DNA from: a virus | Virus record (IMG/VR): IMGVR_UViG_3300045988_091866 | Location: 1 to 38,432 of that record | DNA: 38,432 nt | Direction: 5' to 3' (one strand) | Notes under the pieces: model-generated | The model's input: the letters and a program-made list of their open reading frames with translations, nothing else | Database searches by the model: none | Told to the model about the DNA's origin: nothing | Position numbers and translations under genes: made by a program | In this document: piece by piece, positions 30,351 through 38,432 of the stretch | Layout of the letters: each line of letters opens with the position of its first letter | Numbering within the stretch: position 1 is the first letter of the stretch

Positions 30351-32309
30351 ATGGCAAAAACAACGCAGACCTTTTATGAAAATTCTGTTTACAAATTTCG
30401 TGACACGGAATCAGAGATTGATATCGACGTTTTTGACAACACAGCCAAGGGTGATATCGCAGCTGTGACCACAAGCCAGCAGCGCCTGGCTCATCTCAAT
30501 GAGGTGTACGACGGAGATCGAGATATACCCAAGCGGTTTGCGACTTGCGAGTATGATCAGTTTTTGCTTGATGGGTCCATGACCCTGATGCCGGACGATT
30601 ACAGCCGGGAAAAGGTCGGCTGGTGGTCTGAGCTATCCGATGACAACTGCGAGTTTGCCAAACCTCAGATCATCACGGTACAGTTCGACAAGCGGCACAG
30701 CTCTGCTGGGATCACTTGCTATTACGATGAGTACAGCAAGCCGGTGGAATCGATCTGCCGCTGGTACCGCGGTGAGGAGCTGCTGGCAGAGTACAAGCTG
30801 ATTTATCCAGCCTGGACAGTTGAGACGTTTAACAGCGCCAACATTACTGTGGAGCAATTTAATGAGATGACCGTTGGATCGTTTAATTACGGTGAGGCAC
30901 CGGCAAAACAGGAGTATGGACAAAGTGTTGACGGCTATGATCGTATTCAGATCGAGATGATTCAGACGCAACATCCGCAGACTTATGTCAAGCTAGTTGA
31001 GATTGATTTTGGGTTGACATATGCTCTGACCGGCGAGCAGACGCAGGGGGCAAAGGTTAAAGAGCAGGTGTCCTTACTTAGCAACACCTTGTACCCCAAC
31101 GAATTATCATTTAACCTGGAAAACTATGAGCGTAAATATGACTTGCTCAACCCGTCGGATCTGTTGCGCTATTTTAAAAAAGGGCAGGAGGTGCGGGTCC
31201 AGGCCGGTGTTAAAAACCGCAAGACCGGGATCTTCGAGCGGATCAATATGGGCAAGTATTATTTGGATCCACCATCCAGTAAATCCGCCAAACTGACCTG
31301 CAAAGCTTACGGCATTTTAAACATACTGCTGGATGATGAGGATTATTACTCCCCGTTTTGGCAGGACGCCGCGGTTGCGGTTATCGTTGATGACATCCTG
31401 ATCGGCTACGACCACTACGTCCATCCTAACGTCGCCGGGATTAAGCTGACCGGCTACATCCCGACGCAAAACAAAAAGGATGCTTTAAAGGTAGTAGCGA
31501 TCGCGGTTGGCGCTATTGTCAAAGAGGGCCGTGACGGTAAGATTTATTTTTACCAGGCGACCGAGGAGCTGATCAGCAACCAGATCATTGCGGAGGACAC
31601 AGTCTATACTGGCTGGCCGCATGCAGGCATGTTGATGGCAGGTTCGCAGCCCTTACCGCAAACAATCGTTGCGATGCCGTATGTGCTTAAGGCGGATCGC
31701 AACACCCGTCTTGGGGATATTGATACCAAAGATATTGGTAGCTACACCAAAGTATCTGTCAATTACTTTAACTACGGACCCACGGATCCGACTGCTGAGC
31801 TGCAGGAGCTGTTTAGCGGCGAGGTGATCACTGATGAGGACGGTAATGCCAAGATTACTTATTCAGATGCGCCAGTCTACGATCTGACCTGTGAGCTGCC
31901 AGCTGGCTGCACAATCAAGCATTACGCTGACGTCAGCCTGTTTCATGGCGATCCTGAGACGATTTATGAGCTGGTAGTCAATGGCCGGGTGCGCAAGGTT
32001 TCGAGCGCTACGGCCAGCGCTACGCTGCCACAGATCGAGATTGATCCGCAAGCGCAAACGCTGGTACTGGACAGCTGCAATGAGCTGATCGGCAGCGCCC
32101 AGCAAGCCAGGACTGCCGCTAGGTGGTATCTGGATCAGATGCAAAAACGGCTGGACATCAGCTTCAAGTGGTGGGCGGTCGCAACGACAGAAGCCTCCGA
32201 GTATTTGGAGGTGGAAACCACTTATGGCACCATCGTTAAGGCGCAGATCAGCAGCATTGAGTACGATCTGGGCGGCGGGCTGACCGCAACCGTTAAGGGG
32301 GTGGTGTGA
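30351..32309 (+). CDS. Large tail-tip/baseplate protein (652 aa)
   Basis: The call rests on position and size only. Confidence 0.6.
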   Translation: MAKTTQTFYENSVYKFRDTESEIDIDVFDNTAKGDIAAVTTSQQRLAHLNEVYDGDRDIPKRFATCEYDQFLLDGSMTLMPDDYSREKVGWWSELSDDNCEFAKPQIITVQFDKRHSSAGITCYYDEYSKPVESICRWYRGEELLAEYKLIYPAWTVETFNSANITVEQFNEMTVGSFNYGEAPAKQEYGQSVDGYDRIQIEMIQTQHPQTYVKLVEIDFGLTYALTGEQTQGAKVKEQVSLLSNTLYPNELSFNLENYERKYDLLNPSDLLRYFKKGQEVRVQAGVKNRKTGIFERINMGKYYLDPPSSKSAKLTCKAYGILNILLDDEDYYSPFWQDAAVAVIVDDILIGYDHYVHPNVAGIKLTGYIPTQNKKDALKVVAIAVGAIVKEGRDGKIYFYQATEELISNQIIAEDTVYTGWPHAGMLMAGSQPLPQTIVAMPYVLKADRNTRLGDIDTKDIGSYTKVSVNYFNYGPTDPTAELQELFSGEVITDEDGNAKITYSDAPVYDLTCELPAGCTIKHYADVSLFHGDPETIYELVVNGRVRKVSSATASATLPQIEIDPQAQTLVLDSCNELIGSAQQARTAARWYLDQMQKRLDISFKWWAVATTEASEYLEVETTYGTIVKAQISSIEYDLGGGLTATVKGVV

Positions 32310-32310
32310 T

Positions 32311-32712
32311 ATGGAGTATAAAACCTTCAGGGCAACAGATCGGTACAACGTTGACGACCTGCTGCGGGTTGAGCGTAACTGCCAAATTCTGCGGGATCGG
32401 ATTGCAGCGCTGCTTGGTTTTAATCTGCAGCTGGACATCCGGACGGACTGGGATCTGACCAGCCTGCCGACGATCAGCCAGATGGATCGGATCCGGCGTA
32501 ACATCGAGCAGCTGGCACGCACCATGCGCGACGCCTACACGATCCCCGATTTTGGAGATTATTTTGATTACACGATCGCTAACCAGTTTGAGCGGGCGTT
32601 TGAGTTTATGGATCAGTACCTTGCGGATCTGATCGCGATCATCAGTCAGCCGCTGGCTGGTCAGCATTTTGCCAACGAGCCATTATTTCTGCCTGCAGAG
32701 AGGAGGGATTAA
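32311..32712 (+). CDS. Hypothetical tail protein (133 aa)
   Basis: It lies between the tip protein and the fibre. Confidence 0.6.
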   Translation: MEYKTFRATDRYNVDDLLRVERNCQILRDRIAALLGFNLQLDIRTDWDLTSLPTISQMDRIRRNIEQLARTMRDAYTIPDFGDYFDYTIANQFERAFEFMDQYLADLIAIISQPLAGQHFANEPLFLPAERRD

Positions 32713-34701
32713 GTGGCAAATTTATATGATTTCACGGAGCGGCTCAAGCTGCTCCTTTATTTAAACCATCGCAAGTCATCGGTCAACACCCGACATTTTG
32801 ATGACAACTTTCAGGCGGTGGACGACTTTGCACGGGAGACAGACCAAAAGTTTGTCGACCAGGACACGGCGCGGAGTCAGCTGCAGTCTGATCTGATGGA
32901 GATTATCCGCACCAACAAGAATGCATTTGATAATCACGTTGCCGATCAAACCAACCCACATGCCGTTACCAAGCTGCAGGTTGGGCTTGGCAGTGCCGAT
33001 GATACCAGTGATCTTGATAAACCAGTATCGACTGCACAGGCTGCTGCTATTAAGGTAGTGCAAGATGATCTATGCAGCCATAAAGGATCGACCTCCAATC
33101 CCCACAGTGTAACAAAATCACAAGTAGGTTTGGATAACGTGCCTAACGTGGCTACTAATGATCAGACACCAAGTTACACTGCAGCTACTACCCTGGCTGC
33201 TCTCGTGTCCGGTGAGAAACTCAGTGTTGCTTTTAGCAAATTGGCCAAGGGTACAACGGATCTGATATCACATCTTGCCAACAAGTCAAACCCGCATGGA
33301 GTGACTAAAGCCCAGATTGGATTAGGCAGCGTGGATAACACTGCGGATAAGTCAAAGCCAGTATCGACACCACAGCAAGACGCGATTGACGCCGCAATGG
33401 CTCAGGCCAATGCTTACACACTGCAAAAGATTGCCGATCTGATCAACGGTGCTCCAGAGTCGATGGACACCTTAAAAGAGGTTGCCGATGCAATCGCAGC
33501 TAATGAGGATGTCATGGCTGCCTTAAATGCTGCTATTGGCATCAAAGCGTCACAAGCAGAGCTGGATGGTCACACCGGCAATACGACGATCCACATCACC
33601 GCAACCGAGAGGACAAAATGGAATGGTGCGGTTAACGCAAAACATAGCCATGCCAACAAGGCACTCTTGGACACCTACACACAAACCGAAGCCAATCTTA
33701 AAAGCGCTGTGGACAACAAGCACAGCCACGGTAATAAGTCTGTTATTGACAAGATCACTCAAGCTATGTTGGACACTTGGGATACAGTGAGCAGTAAAGC
33801 AGCTGCGGTGCATAAGCATGTTAAAGCTGATATCACAGACTTTCCTGCTTCATTAAAAAATCCAACAGCTCTGACGGTAAAGCTAAATGGCACTGATGCA
33901 GCTACTTATGATGGATCCATAGCCAAAGAGGTCAATGTGACGCCGGCAGGAATTGGTGCAGCGGCATCAAGCCACACGCACAGCTATTTACCATTGTCTG
34001 GTGGAACCCTGACAGGCAATCTTACTCTTAAAGGAGCGCCAACTGCTGATCTGATGGCGGCAACTAAAAAGTATGTAGACGATCTTGCGGCTAGTGCAGG
34101 CAATGGCGATATGCTTAAATCTGTTTACGATACAAACGGTGATGGCATCGTTGATAACGCAGCAAAAGTAAATGGGCTGACCGTATTGACAGCTGTCCCG
34201 GTGGGTGCGAAATTTACTGATACTACTTACAGTGCATTTAAAGCTGCTACAGCAAGTGCTGCTGGAGGAACTGGATTGGTTCCTGCCCCTGCTGCTGGAG
34301 CTCAAGCAAAATATCTGCGTGCCGATGGTACATGGCAAACACCACCAAACACGACTTACGGCTTAGCGACCGCAAGCGCCAATGGATTAATGTCTGCTGC
34401 AGACAAGGCTAAGATGGACAAGCTCAAAGATGAGAGTGTTATCCGCAATGTCACCATCGCAACGTCCGCATTTGTAGCAAATACTGACGATAATGCCACT
34501 CAGTACCCATACTGTGCAGACTACACGGTCAGCGGTATGACGGCCACGTGCTGGGCTAACGTTAATCTGTCAGCGGCATCCAAAGCGCTTGGAGTTATCG
34601 AGCAGGGCAACACGATGGCGGGCAAGCTGAGGCTGTATGCTAATGCGGTGCCATCAGCTGATATTGTCATTGATAACATTATCTGGAAGGAGGTAGGGTG
34701 A
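32713..34701 (+). CDS. Tail fibre / receptor-binding protein with repeated NPH-x-VTK-x-Q[VI]GL motifs
   Basis: Three copies are present: TNPHAVTKLQVGLGSADDTSDLDKPVSTAQ, SNPHSVTKSQVGLDNVPNV and SNPHGVTKAQIGLGSVDNTADKSKPVSTPQ. HSH-x-NK repeats are also present. GTG 32713 follows GAGGAGGG. Confidence 0.85.
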   Translation: MANLYDFTERLKLLLYLNHRKSSVNTRHFDDNFQAVDDFARETDQKFVDQDTARSQLQSDLMEIIRTNKNAFDNHVADQTNPHAVTKLQVGLGSADDTSDLDKPVSTAQAAAIKVVQDDLCSHKGSTSNPHSVTKSQVGLDNVPNVATNDQTPSYTAATTLAALVSGEKLSVAFSKLAKGTTDLISHLANKSNPHGVTKAQIGLGSVDNTADKSKPVSTPQQDAIDAAMAQANAYTLQKIADLINGAPESMDTLKEVADAIAANEDVMAALNAAIGIKASQAELDGHTGNTTIHITATERTKWNGAVNAKHSHANKALLDTYTQTEANLKSAVDNKHSHGNKSVIDKITQAMLDTWDTVSSKAAAVHKHVKADITDFPASLKNPTALTVKLNGTDAATYDGSIAKEVNVTPAGIGAAASSHTHSYLPLSGGTLTGNLTLKGAPTADLMAATKKYVDDLAASAGNGDMLKSVYDTNGDGIVDNAAKVNGLTVLTAVPVGAKFTDTTYSAFKAATASAAGGTGLVPAPAAGAQAKYLRADGTWQTPPNTTYGLATASANGLMSAADKAKMDKLKDESVIRNVTIATSAFVANTDDNATQYPYCADYTVSGMTATCWANVNLSAASKALGVIEQGNTMAGKLRLYANAVPSADIVIDNIIWKEVG

Positions 34702-35150
34702 TGGTTTTAAGCGAGATTAAAGACACAACCGGGTCAAGGCTCAACCAATACAAGATAACCCACGCAGACGGCACCACGGAGGTCGTTACGCTGGAGTTTA
34801 GCCCGGGGGAGGACTATGTGCCGGGCACTCCGTTTAATGCCGCTACGGTCAATCCTTGGCTGCGTAAAATCAACAACCACGATCTGGTGCCGATTGAGAA
34901 TATCACGGTGCCGACATCGCAGTTTGTTGACTCCACGGATTATCCGCAGTATGCGTATCACGTGGACATTGCAGTGGCCGGGTTGCTTGAATCCGACTAC
35001 TGCCACGTGACGCTCTCGCCAGCAACTGACGAGGAGGGCTGCATCGCCAAGGGGCGGAGCCTTAACGGTATCCTGCGATTGTATGCGATTGCACTTCCGG
35101 AGGAGAGCATCACAATATCGACACTTGTAATAGATAGGAGGGGTGTTTAA
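34701..35150 (+). CDS. Second fibre-related protein; its C-terminal ~85 aa is paralogous to the fibre tip
   Basis: ...GTPFNAATVNPWL... is a fibre-type motif. PIENITVPTSQFVDSTDYPQYAYHVDIAV...GILRLYAIALPEESITISTLVI aligns with the fibre C-terminus. Confidence 0.7.
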   Translation: MVLSEIKDTTGSRLNQYKITHADGTTEVVTLEFSPGEDYVPGTPFNAATVNPWLRKINNHDLVPIENITVPTSQFVDSTDYPQYAYHVDIAVAGLLESDYCHVTLSPATDEEGCIAKGRSLNGILRLYAIALPEESITISTLVIDRRGV

Positions 35151-35599
35151 TGATTTTTGATATCTTAGGATCAGGCAAAGGTAAAAATCCGTTCCCGGGA
35201 TACCAACTAAAAGTAGGGGAATTGTGTTCCTTGCCCGCATTGTCAACTAATGATTCTTCTGCAAGAGCATTATCAATTCCGACGGGGTGTATTCCTTTGT
35301 GCGTAAAAGTTGAGCCAGAGTTCAGGGCTAATTCTGGAAATGGCGAAACTCCAAATTTATATATTGTTATTTATGACAATAATAACAAATATTATTATGC
35401 ATGGAGAAACAGTTCCGGATGGGTTTCTGGCGGAAGTAAGACACAGTATTTATGCCCGATAGGAGCATATGACGGAGATGTTGAAGCCGCAAGTGCAATC
35501 AAGACGATTTATGCGCGAGCGTATAACGGAGCAGGATGGGCTTATAGCGATTACAAATACGGAAAAATCTCAGTCACAATGTGGCTGGAAAAGAGGTAA
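35150..35599 (+). CDS. Hypothetical protein (149 aa), by eye AT-richer than its neighbours
   Basis: The ORF has RBS AGGAGGGG and a TAATG overlap. Confidence 0.65.
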   Translation: MIFDILGSGKGKNPFPGYQLKVGELCSLPALSTNDSSARALSIPTGCIPLCVKVEPEFRANSGNGETPNLYIVIYDNNNKYYYAWRNSSGWVSGGSKTQYLCPIGAYDGDVEAASAIKTIYARAYNGAGWAYSDYKYGKISVTMWLEKR

Positions 35600-37128
35600 T
35601 GCCTATGTACGACTATACCTCACCTGCTGATCTCTGCTCATGGGCAGAGCAGCAGCTCAGTCGTAAGACCATCTACCAGCTCGGCGGGATCGGACGCTAT
35701 GACTCATCCAGTCGCCGGGTGTTTGACTGCGTAGGGCTGATCAAGTGCTTTTTATGGCATGACTACGGTCCGGGCAATACCAGCTACTACGGCAAGACGG
35801 CGCCGGATATCAACGCTGATCAAATGTACTCCAGGGCAACCGATAAGGGTCCGATCAGCACGATTCCGGAGATTCCTGGGCTGCTGGTCTGGCAGCGAGG
35901 GCACATCGGAATCTACATCGGCAATGGCCAGGTCATCGAGGCCACGGCTAAGCGCTGGGGAACCATTGGCGGCTGCGTCGTCAAGTCACAATTCAAAGAT
36001 AAAACCGCGGCGATGTACCGTGGCACATGGACACACTGGCTCAGGTGTCCTTTTTTAATGTATCAGAAGGAGGATGAGGACATGGGCATTAAAGACAGTT
36101 ACAAAACAGAGGTCTACAACGGTCTAACGATTCAGATCGCACGTATGGGACTGGATCCTGACTATGAGTACAAGGGTACGGTCGTTGGTAAGCCGTTTGG
36201 CCCTAACGCTGTGCAGCGATCTCAATCTATTGATGATCCGGAGCTGGAGGCAGCCGGCTGGCAGTCCTGCGGTCATACCAACGGCGGCATCTTTTACAAA
36301 GAGCCGAGTAACGGTAATTGGATGGCAAGTGGTATCGAGGTGCTGATGGGCAATGTTACACAGCTTTGGGATACCCGGTTTGATAGCTGCGCAGCCATTG
36401 GTTTTTATCACTCTGGAGAGATGGTGATTGCAACCCAGGCTGAGATCAAAGCTTTAGCAGCAGCGGGTCAGCTCCGCGGGGCAGTGACCGCAGCCTTTGG
36501 GATTAAACTTAATGGGCAGCGGTGGACTGCGGGATCGGAGTTTAATTCTCAACGTGATTACATCTATTCCAACAAGTCCGGACGCACAATCTTCGGTCAG
36601 GCTGCCAACGGCCAGTATGTGATGATATCTGTGCCAGGCGTAAGCGGCAAGTCTGGGTTAACCGGCAGCCAGTTGCCAGCACTGGCGGATCACCTGGGAT
36701 TAACCGCAGCGGTCTGCCTGGATGGTGGAGGCAGCCGTTACTTGTCTTACTGCGGGTCGATCAAAACAAACACCACCCGCGCCGTTAAAAACGATATCAT
36801 CATCTACCGCCGCAAAAAGGCAACGCTGGAGCCGGATCCGGAACCGGACACAAAACCAGATCATCAGCCGGATGCAGCTGGTGACGGTATGGTGCTGATC
36901 ACAGACAAGGGGGCGCTGCGGATCCGCAATGCGGTGATGGGTGACAAGATCCTGTATACAGTACCACAGGGCGAGCAGATCGACATCTTGGACATGCTGG
37001 CCGGCCGGCAGAAGGATGGTTACCAGTGGGCATTTGTGTCATATAAACCAACGGGCAAAGACAAGATCATCGGGTACAGCCAGGTTGATGGTGATTACTC
37101 GTTATTGGACGAAAAGGAAGGAAACTAA
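35599..37128 (+). CDS. Three-domain endolysin: NlpC/P60 endopeptidase, phosphodiester-glycosidase (NAGPA-like) domain and SH3-like wall-binding domain (start 35599 or 35605)
   Basis: ...FDCVGLIKCFLW... carries the catalytic Cys and ...GHIGIYIGNGQVIEA the His. ...AAVCLDGGGSRYL... is a NAGPA-type DGGGS motif. A PDPEPDTKPDHQPD linker and the C-terminal ...DGYQWAFVSYKPTGKDKIIGYSQ follow. Confidence 0.8.
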   Translation: MPMYDYTSPADLCSWAEQQLSRKTIYQLGGIGRYDSSSRRVFDCVGLIKCFLWHDYGPGNTSYYGKTAPDINADQMYSRATDKGPISTIPEIPGLLVWQRGHIGIYIGNGQVIEATAKRWGTIGGCVVKSQFKDKTAAMYRGTWTHWLRCPFLMYQKEDEDMGIKDSYKTEVYNGLTIQIARMGLDPDYEYKGTVVGKPFGPNAVQRSQSIDDPELEAAGWQSCGHTNGGIFYKEPSNGNWMASGIEVLMGNVTQLWDTRFDSCAAIGFYHSGEMVIATQAEIKALAAAGQLRGAVTAAFGIKLNGQRWTAGSEFNSQRDYIYSNKSGRTIFGQAANGQYVMISVPGVSGKSGLTGSQLPALADHLGLTAAVCLDGGGSRYLSYCGSIKTNTTRAVKNDIIIYRRKKATLEPDPEPDTKPDHQPDAAGDGMVLITDKGALRIRNAVMGDKILYTVPQGEQIDILDMLAGRQKDGYQWAFVSYKPTGKDKIIGYSQVDGDYSLLDEKEGN

Positions 37129-37131
37129 AAC

Positions 37132-37317
37132 ATGGAAGACATCAAAAAACGTATCTCCAAGCTGGTCGATCTGAAATCGATCATCTCCATCATCATGGTG
37201 GCCGCAATGGTTGCCGGATTTTTTGCCAAGATGGTATCTGCAGAGCAGTTTGTGCCGCTGGTTACGATGATCGTAACCTTTTATTTTGCCAAGCAGGACA
37301 AGCCTGATAAGGAGTAA
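37132..37317 (+). CDS. Holin-like two-TM protein (61 aa)
   Basis: ...SIISIIMVAAMVAGFFAKM...FVPLVTMIVTFYFA... with a charged C-terminus, adjacent to the lysin. Confidence 0.7.
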   Translation: MEDIKKRISKLVDLKSIISIIMVAAMVAGFFAKMVSAEQFVPLVTMIVTFYFAKQDKPDKE

Positions 37318-37323
37318 GCGCCA

Positions 37324-37638
37324 ATGTTTGAGTTTATCTCTACGCACATCATGGAACTTGGCTGGACTTGTATTGTCGGCATCCTTGCGATGCTATACAA
37401 AACGATCCAAAAAAACTTTAAAAAAGTATTGGCCGATAATCAAAATATGAAGTTTGGTGTTCAGGCAGTGCTCCATGATCGGCTCATACAAAAGTGTACC
37501 TACATCATCCAGCGTGGATACGTGACCACCGACGACCTCGAGGAGCTTGAGGAGCTCAACAAGCCTTATAAAGCGCTCGGCGGTAATGGCACAGTCAAAA
37601 CAGCACTGGAAAAAGTCAAACAGCTGCCTCTTAAATAG
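37324..37638 (+). CDS. Membrane-anchored protein (104 aa), possible second holin or lysis regulator
   Basis: It has an N-terminal TM segment MELGWTCIVGILAMLY and is the last gene of the late operon. Confidence 0.55.
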   Translation: MFEFISTHIMELGWTCIVGILAMLYKTIQKNFKKVLADNQNMKFGVQAVLHDRLIQKCTYIIQRGYVTTDDLEELEELNKPYKALGGNGTVKTALEKVKQLPLK

Positions 37639-37644
37639 CAAACA

Positions 37645-37686
37645 CCCCACCTTCCAATGCCGGAGGGTGGGGATTTTTTATTTTGT
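37645..37686 (+). terminator. Strong rho-independent terminator of the late operon (11-bp stem CCCCACCTTCC/GGAGGGTGGGG, then ATTTTTTATTTT)
   Basis: Read directly. Confidence 0.85.
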
Positions 37687-37700
37687 GTCTTTTCCTTATA

Positions 37701-38432
37701 TTAATATGCTGCATGGCTGCTTGCAATAACAGCCATGTAAGACGGGATAAGATAAAGGTTCGGATGTATTAAAATTTTTTCCACCATAGTAAAGTTATCC
37801 GAACCGCTGAATAGCGGTTTTTGTTTTGTGTCAATGTTGGTAGCCTGAAGGTTGTAGGCTACCTTGATATCAAATTTGCCATCTTCGTGGACATTGACCT
37901 GGATTTCTCGGATAAGCATATTCACAATATCTTCTTGCCATTTTGGATCTGTAACGGATCCATTTTTATATTTCATAAGCCAAAATTCAATGCGTTCTTT
38001 CGTCATCATCGGCTTAATGGATTCGATCTGATGCAGCCTGTTTTTCAGCTCAACTTGTCGTTGTTCCAAAGCAGCCATTTGATCTTTCAACGACGCAGAG
38101 TACAAGCCATCTTCTATAGCGCGAATGATATTTGAGATTTTCTTTTCAACGTCTCTTAAATCGCGAGTAGTAATCTCTTTTTCCAGGGCGTATGAGTCAT
38201 CCTTCTCCATGATTTCTGCACATCTTTCTGCGATGGTGGAAATAATGTCTTCTTTTAAAATAGCATTTTTAGTAAGCTCAAAAACCGCAGATTCGAGATC
38301 AGCTTTCACCACAGATTTCATACTGCAGGTTTTCTTTTTTTTCTTGTTGCAGCAGGTATAATAATAATGCTTTTCTCCATTACGTGATGTTCCGGAGTCG
38401 CCGAACAAGGATGCACCGCACTGTGCGCAAAC
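37701..38432 (-). CDS. Large serine recombinase, C-terminal part (zinc ribbon plus coiled-coil); same gene as 1..921 across the circular junction
   Basis: ...CAQCGASLFGDSGTSRNGEKHYYYTCCNKKKKKTCSMKS... is followed by a coiled coil (MAALEQRQVELKNRLHQIES). The frame is continuous with 1..921, and the joined gene is 517 aa. Confidence 0.92.
   Translation of the reverse strand, partial: VCAQCGASLFGDSGTSRNGEKHYYYTCCNKKKKKTCSMKSVVKADLESAVFELTKNAILKEDIISTIAERCAEIMEKDDSYALEKEITTRDLRDVEKKISNIIRAIEDGLYSASLKDQMAALEQRQVELKNRLHQIESIKPMMTKERIEFWLMKYKNGSVTDPKWQEDIVNMLIREIQVNVHEDGKFDIKVAYNLQATNIDTKQKPLFSGSDNFTMVEKILIHPNLYLIPSYMAVIASSHAAY
38334..38432. repeat. Terminal redundancy, copy 2 (identical to 1..99)
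   Basis: Same 99 nt as 1..99. On the minus strand it encodes VCAQCGASLFGDSGTSRNGEKHYYYTCCNKKKKK in both copies. Confidence 0.95.

Noticed and set aside
31863-32525. 220-aa minus-strand ORF (and 32293..32667)
   Set aside because: It is antisense to tail genes in the unidirectional late operon, and its composition is Arg/Ser-rich junk.
32713-34701. Diversity-generating retroelement or phase-variable shufflon acting on the repeat-rich tail fibre
   Set aside because: There is no reverse transcriptase and no template repeat in the window. The NPH-x-VTK repeats are ordinary protein-level fibre repeats. The duplicated tip domains are in direct orientation, with no flanking inverted repeats.
34734-35246. 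170-aa minus-strand ORF
   Set aside because: It is antisense to the fibre-related ORF and is a shadow ORF.
1-38432. tRNA, rRNA or CRISPR arrays
   Set aside because: By eye there is no cloverleaf-like sequence in the intergenic gaps and no regularly spaced repeat/spacer array. The only tandem or dispersed repeats are those listed as features.

Overview
The window is one complete, circularly closed temperate siphovirus-type phage or prophage genome. It has about 38.3 kb of unique sequence, because bases 1-99 are identical to 38334-38432 and this overlap cuts a large serine integrase gene in two. The host is probably a Gram-positive, spore-forming Clostridia-like bacterium, inferred from AGGAGG-type ribosome binding sites (RBS), an S24/LexA-type repressor and a Spo0A-domain gene. 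Gene order, left to right:
- Lysogeny module: serine integrase (-), lipoprotein (-), CI/LexA-like repressor (-), divergent promoters, Cro-like HTH (+).
- A leftward accessory island of small membrane proteins.
- Early genes, including a secreted glucosaminidase-like protein.
- A nested 1.7-kb cassette (methyltransferase-like ORF plus tyrosine recombinase) bounded by a 21-bp direct repeat.
- Recombination and replication module: Rad50/SbcC-like zinc-hook ATPase, cold-shock protein, RecT, MBL-fold nuclease, replication organizer, MazG-like protein, SSB.
- Antirepressor, hicAB (-), small early ORFs, and a sigma-70 region-4/ArpU-like regulator.
- A receiver-less Spo0A C-terminal-domain protein (-).
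- Late operon: TerS, PBSX-type TerL, SPP1-type portal, MuF protein with a C-terminal toxin-like extension plus a small immunity-like ORF, scaffold, capsid, connectors, major tail protein, frameshifted chaperone, tape measure, tail tip proteins, repeat-rich fibre, three-domain endolysin and holins.

No tRNA, rRNA, CRISPR array or reverse transcriptase was seen. The most unusual items are the phage-borne receiver-less Spo0A domain with a nearby 0A box, the recombinase cassette nested in the phage, the MuF toxin/immunity pair, and the antisense accessory island with a 33-bp repeat flanking a small hydrophobic ORF. All functional calls rest on motif recognition by eye; no database search was run.
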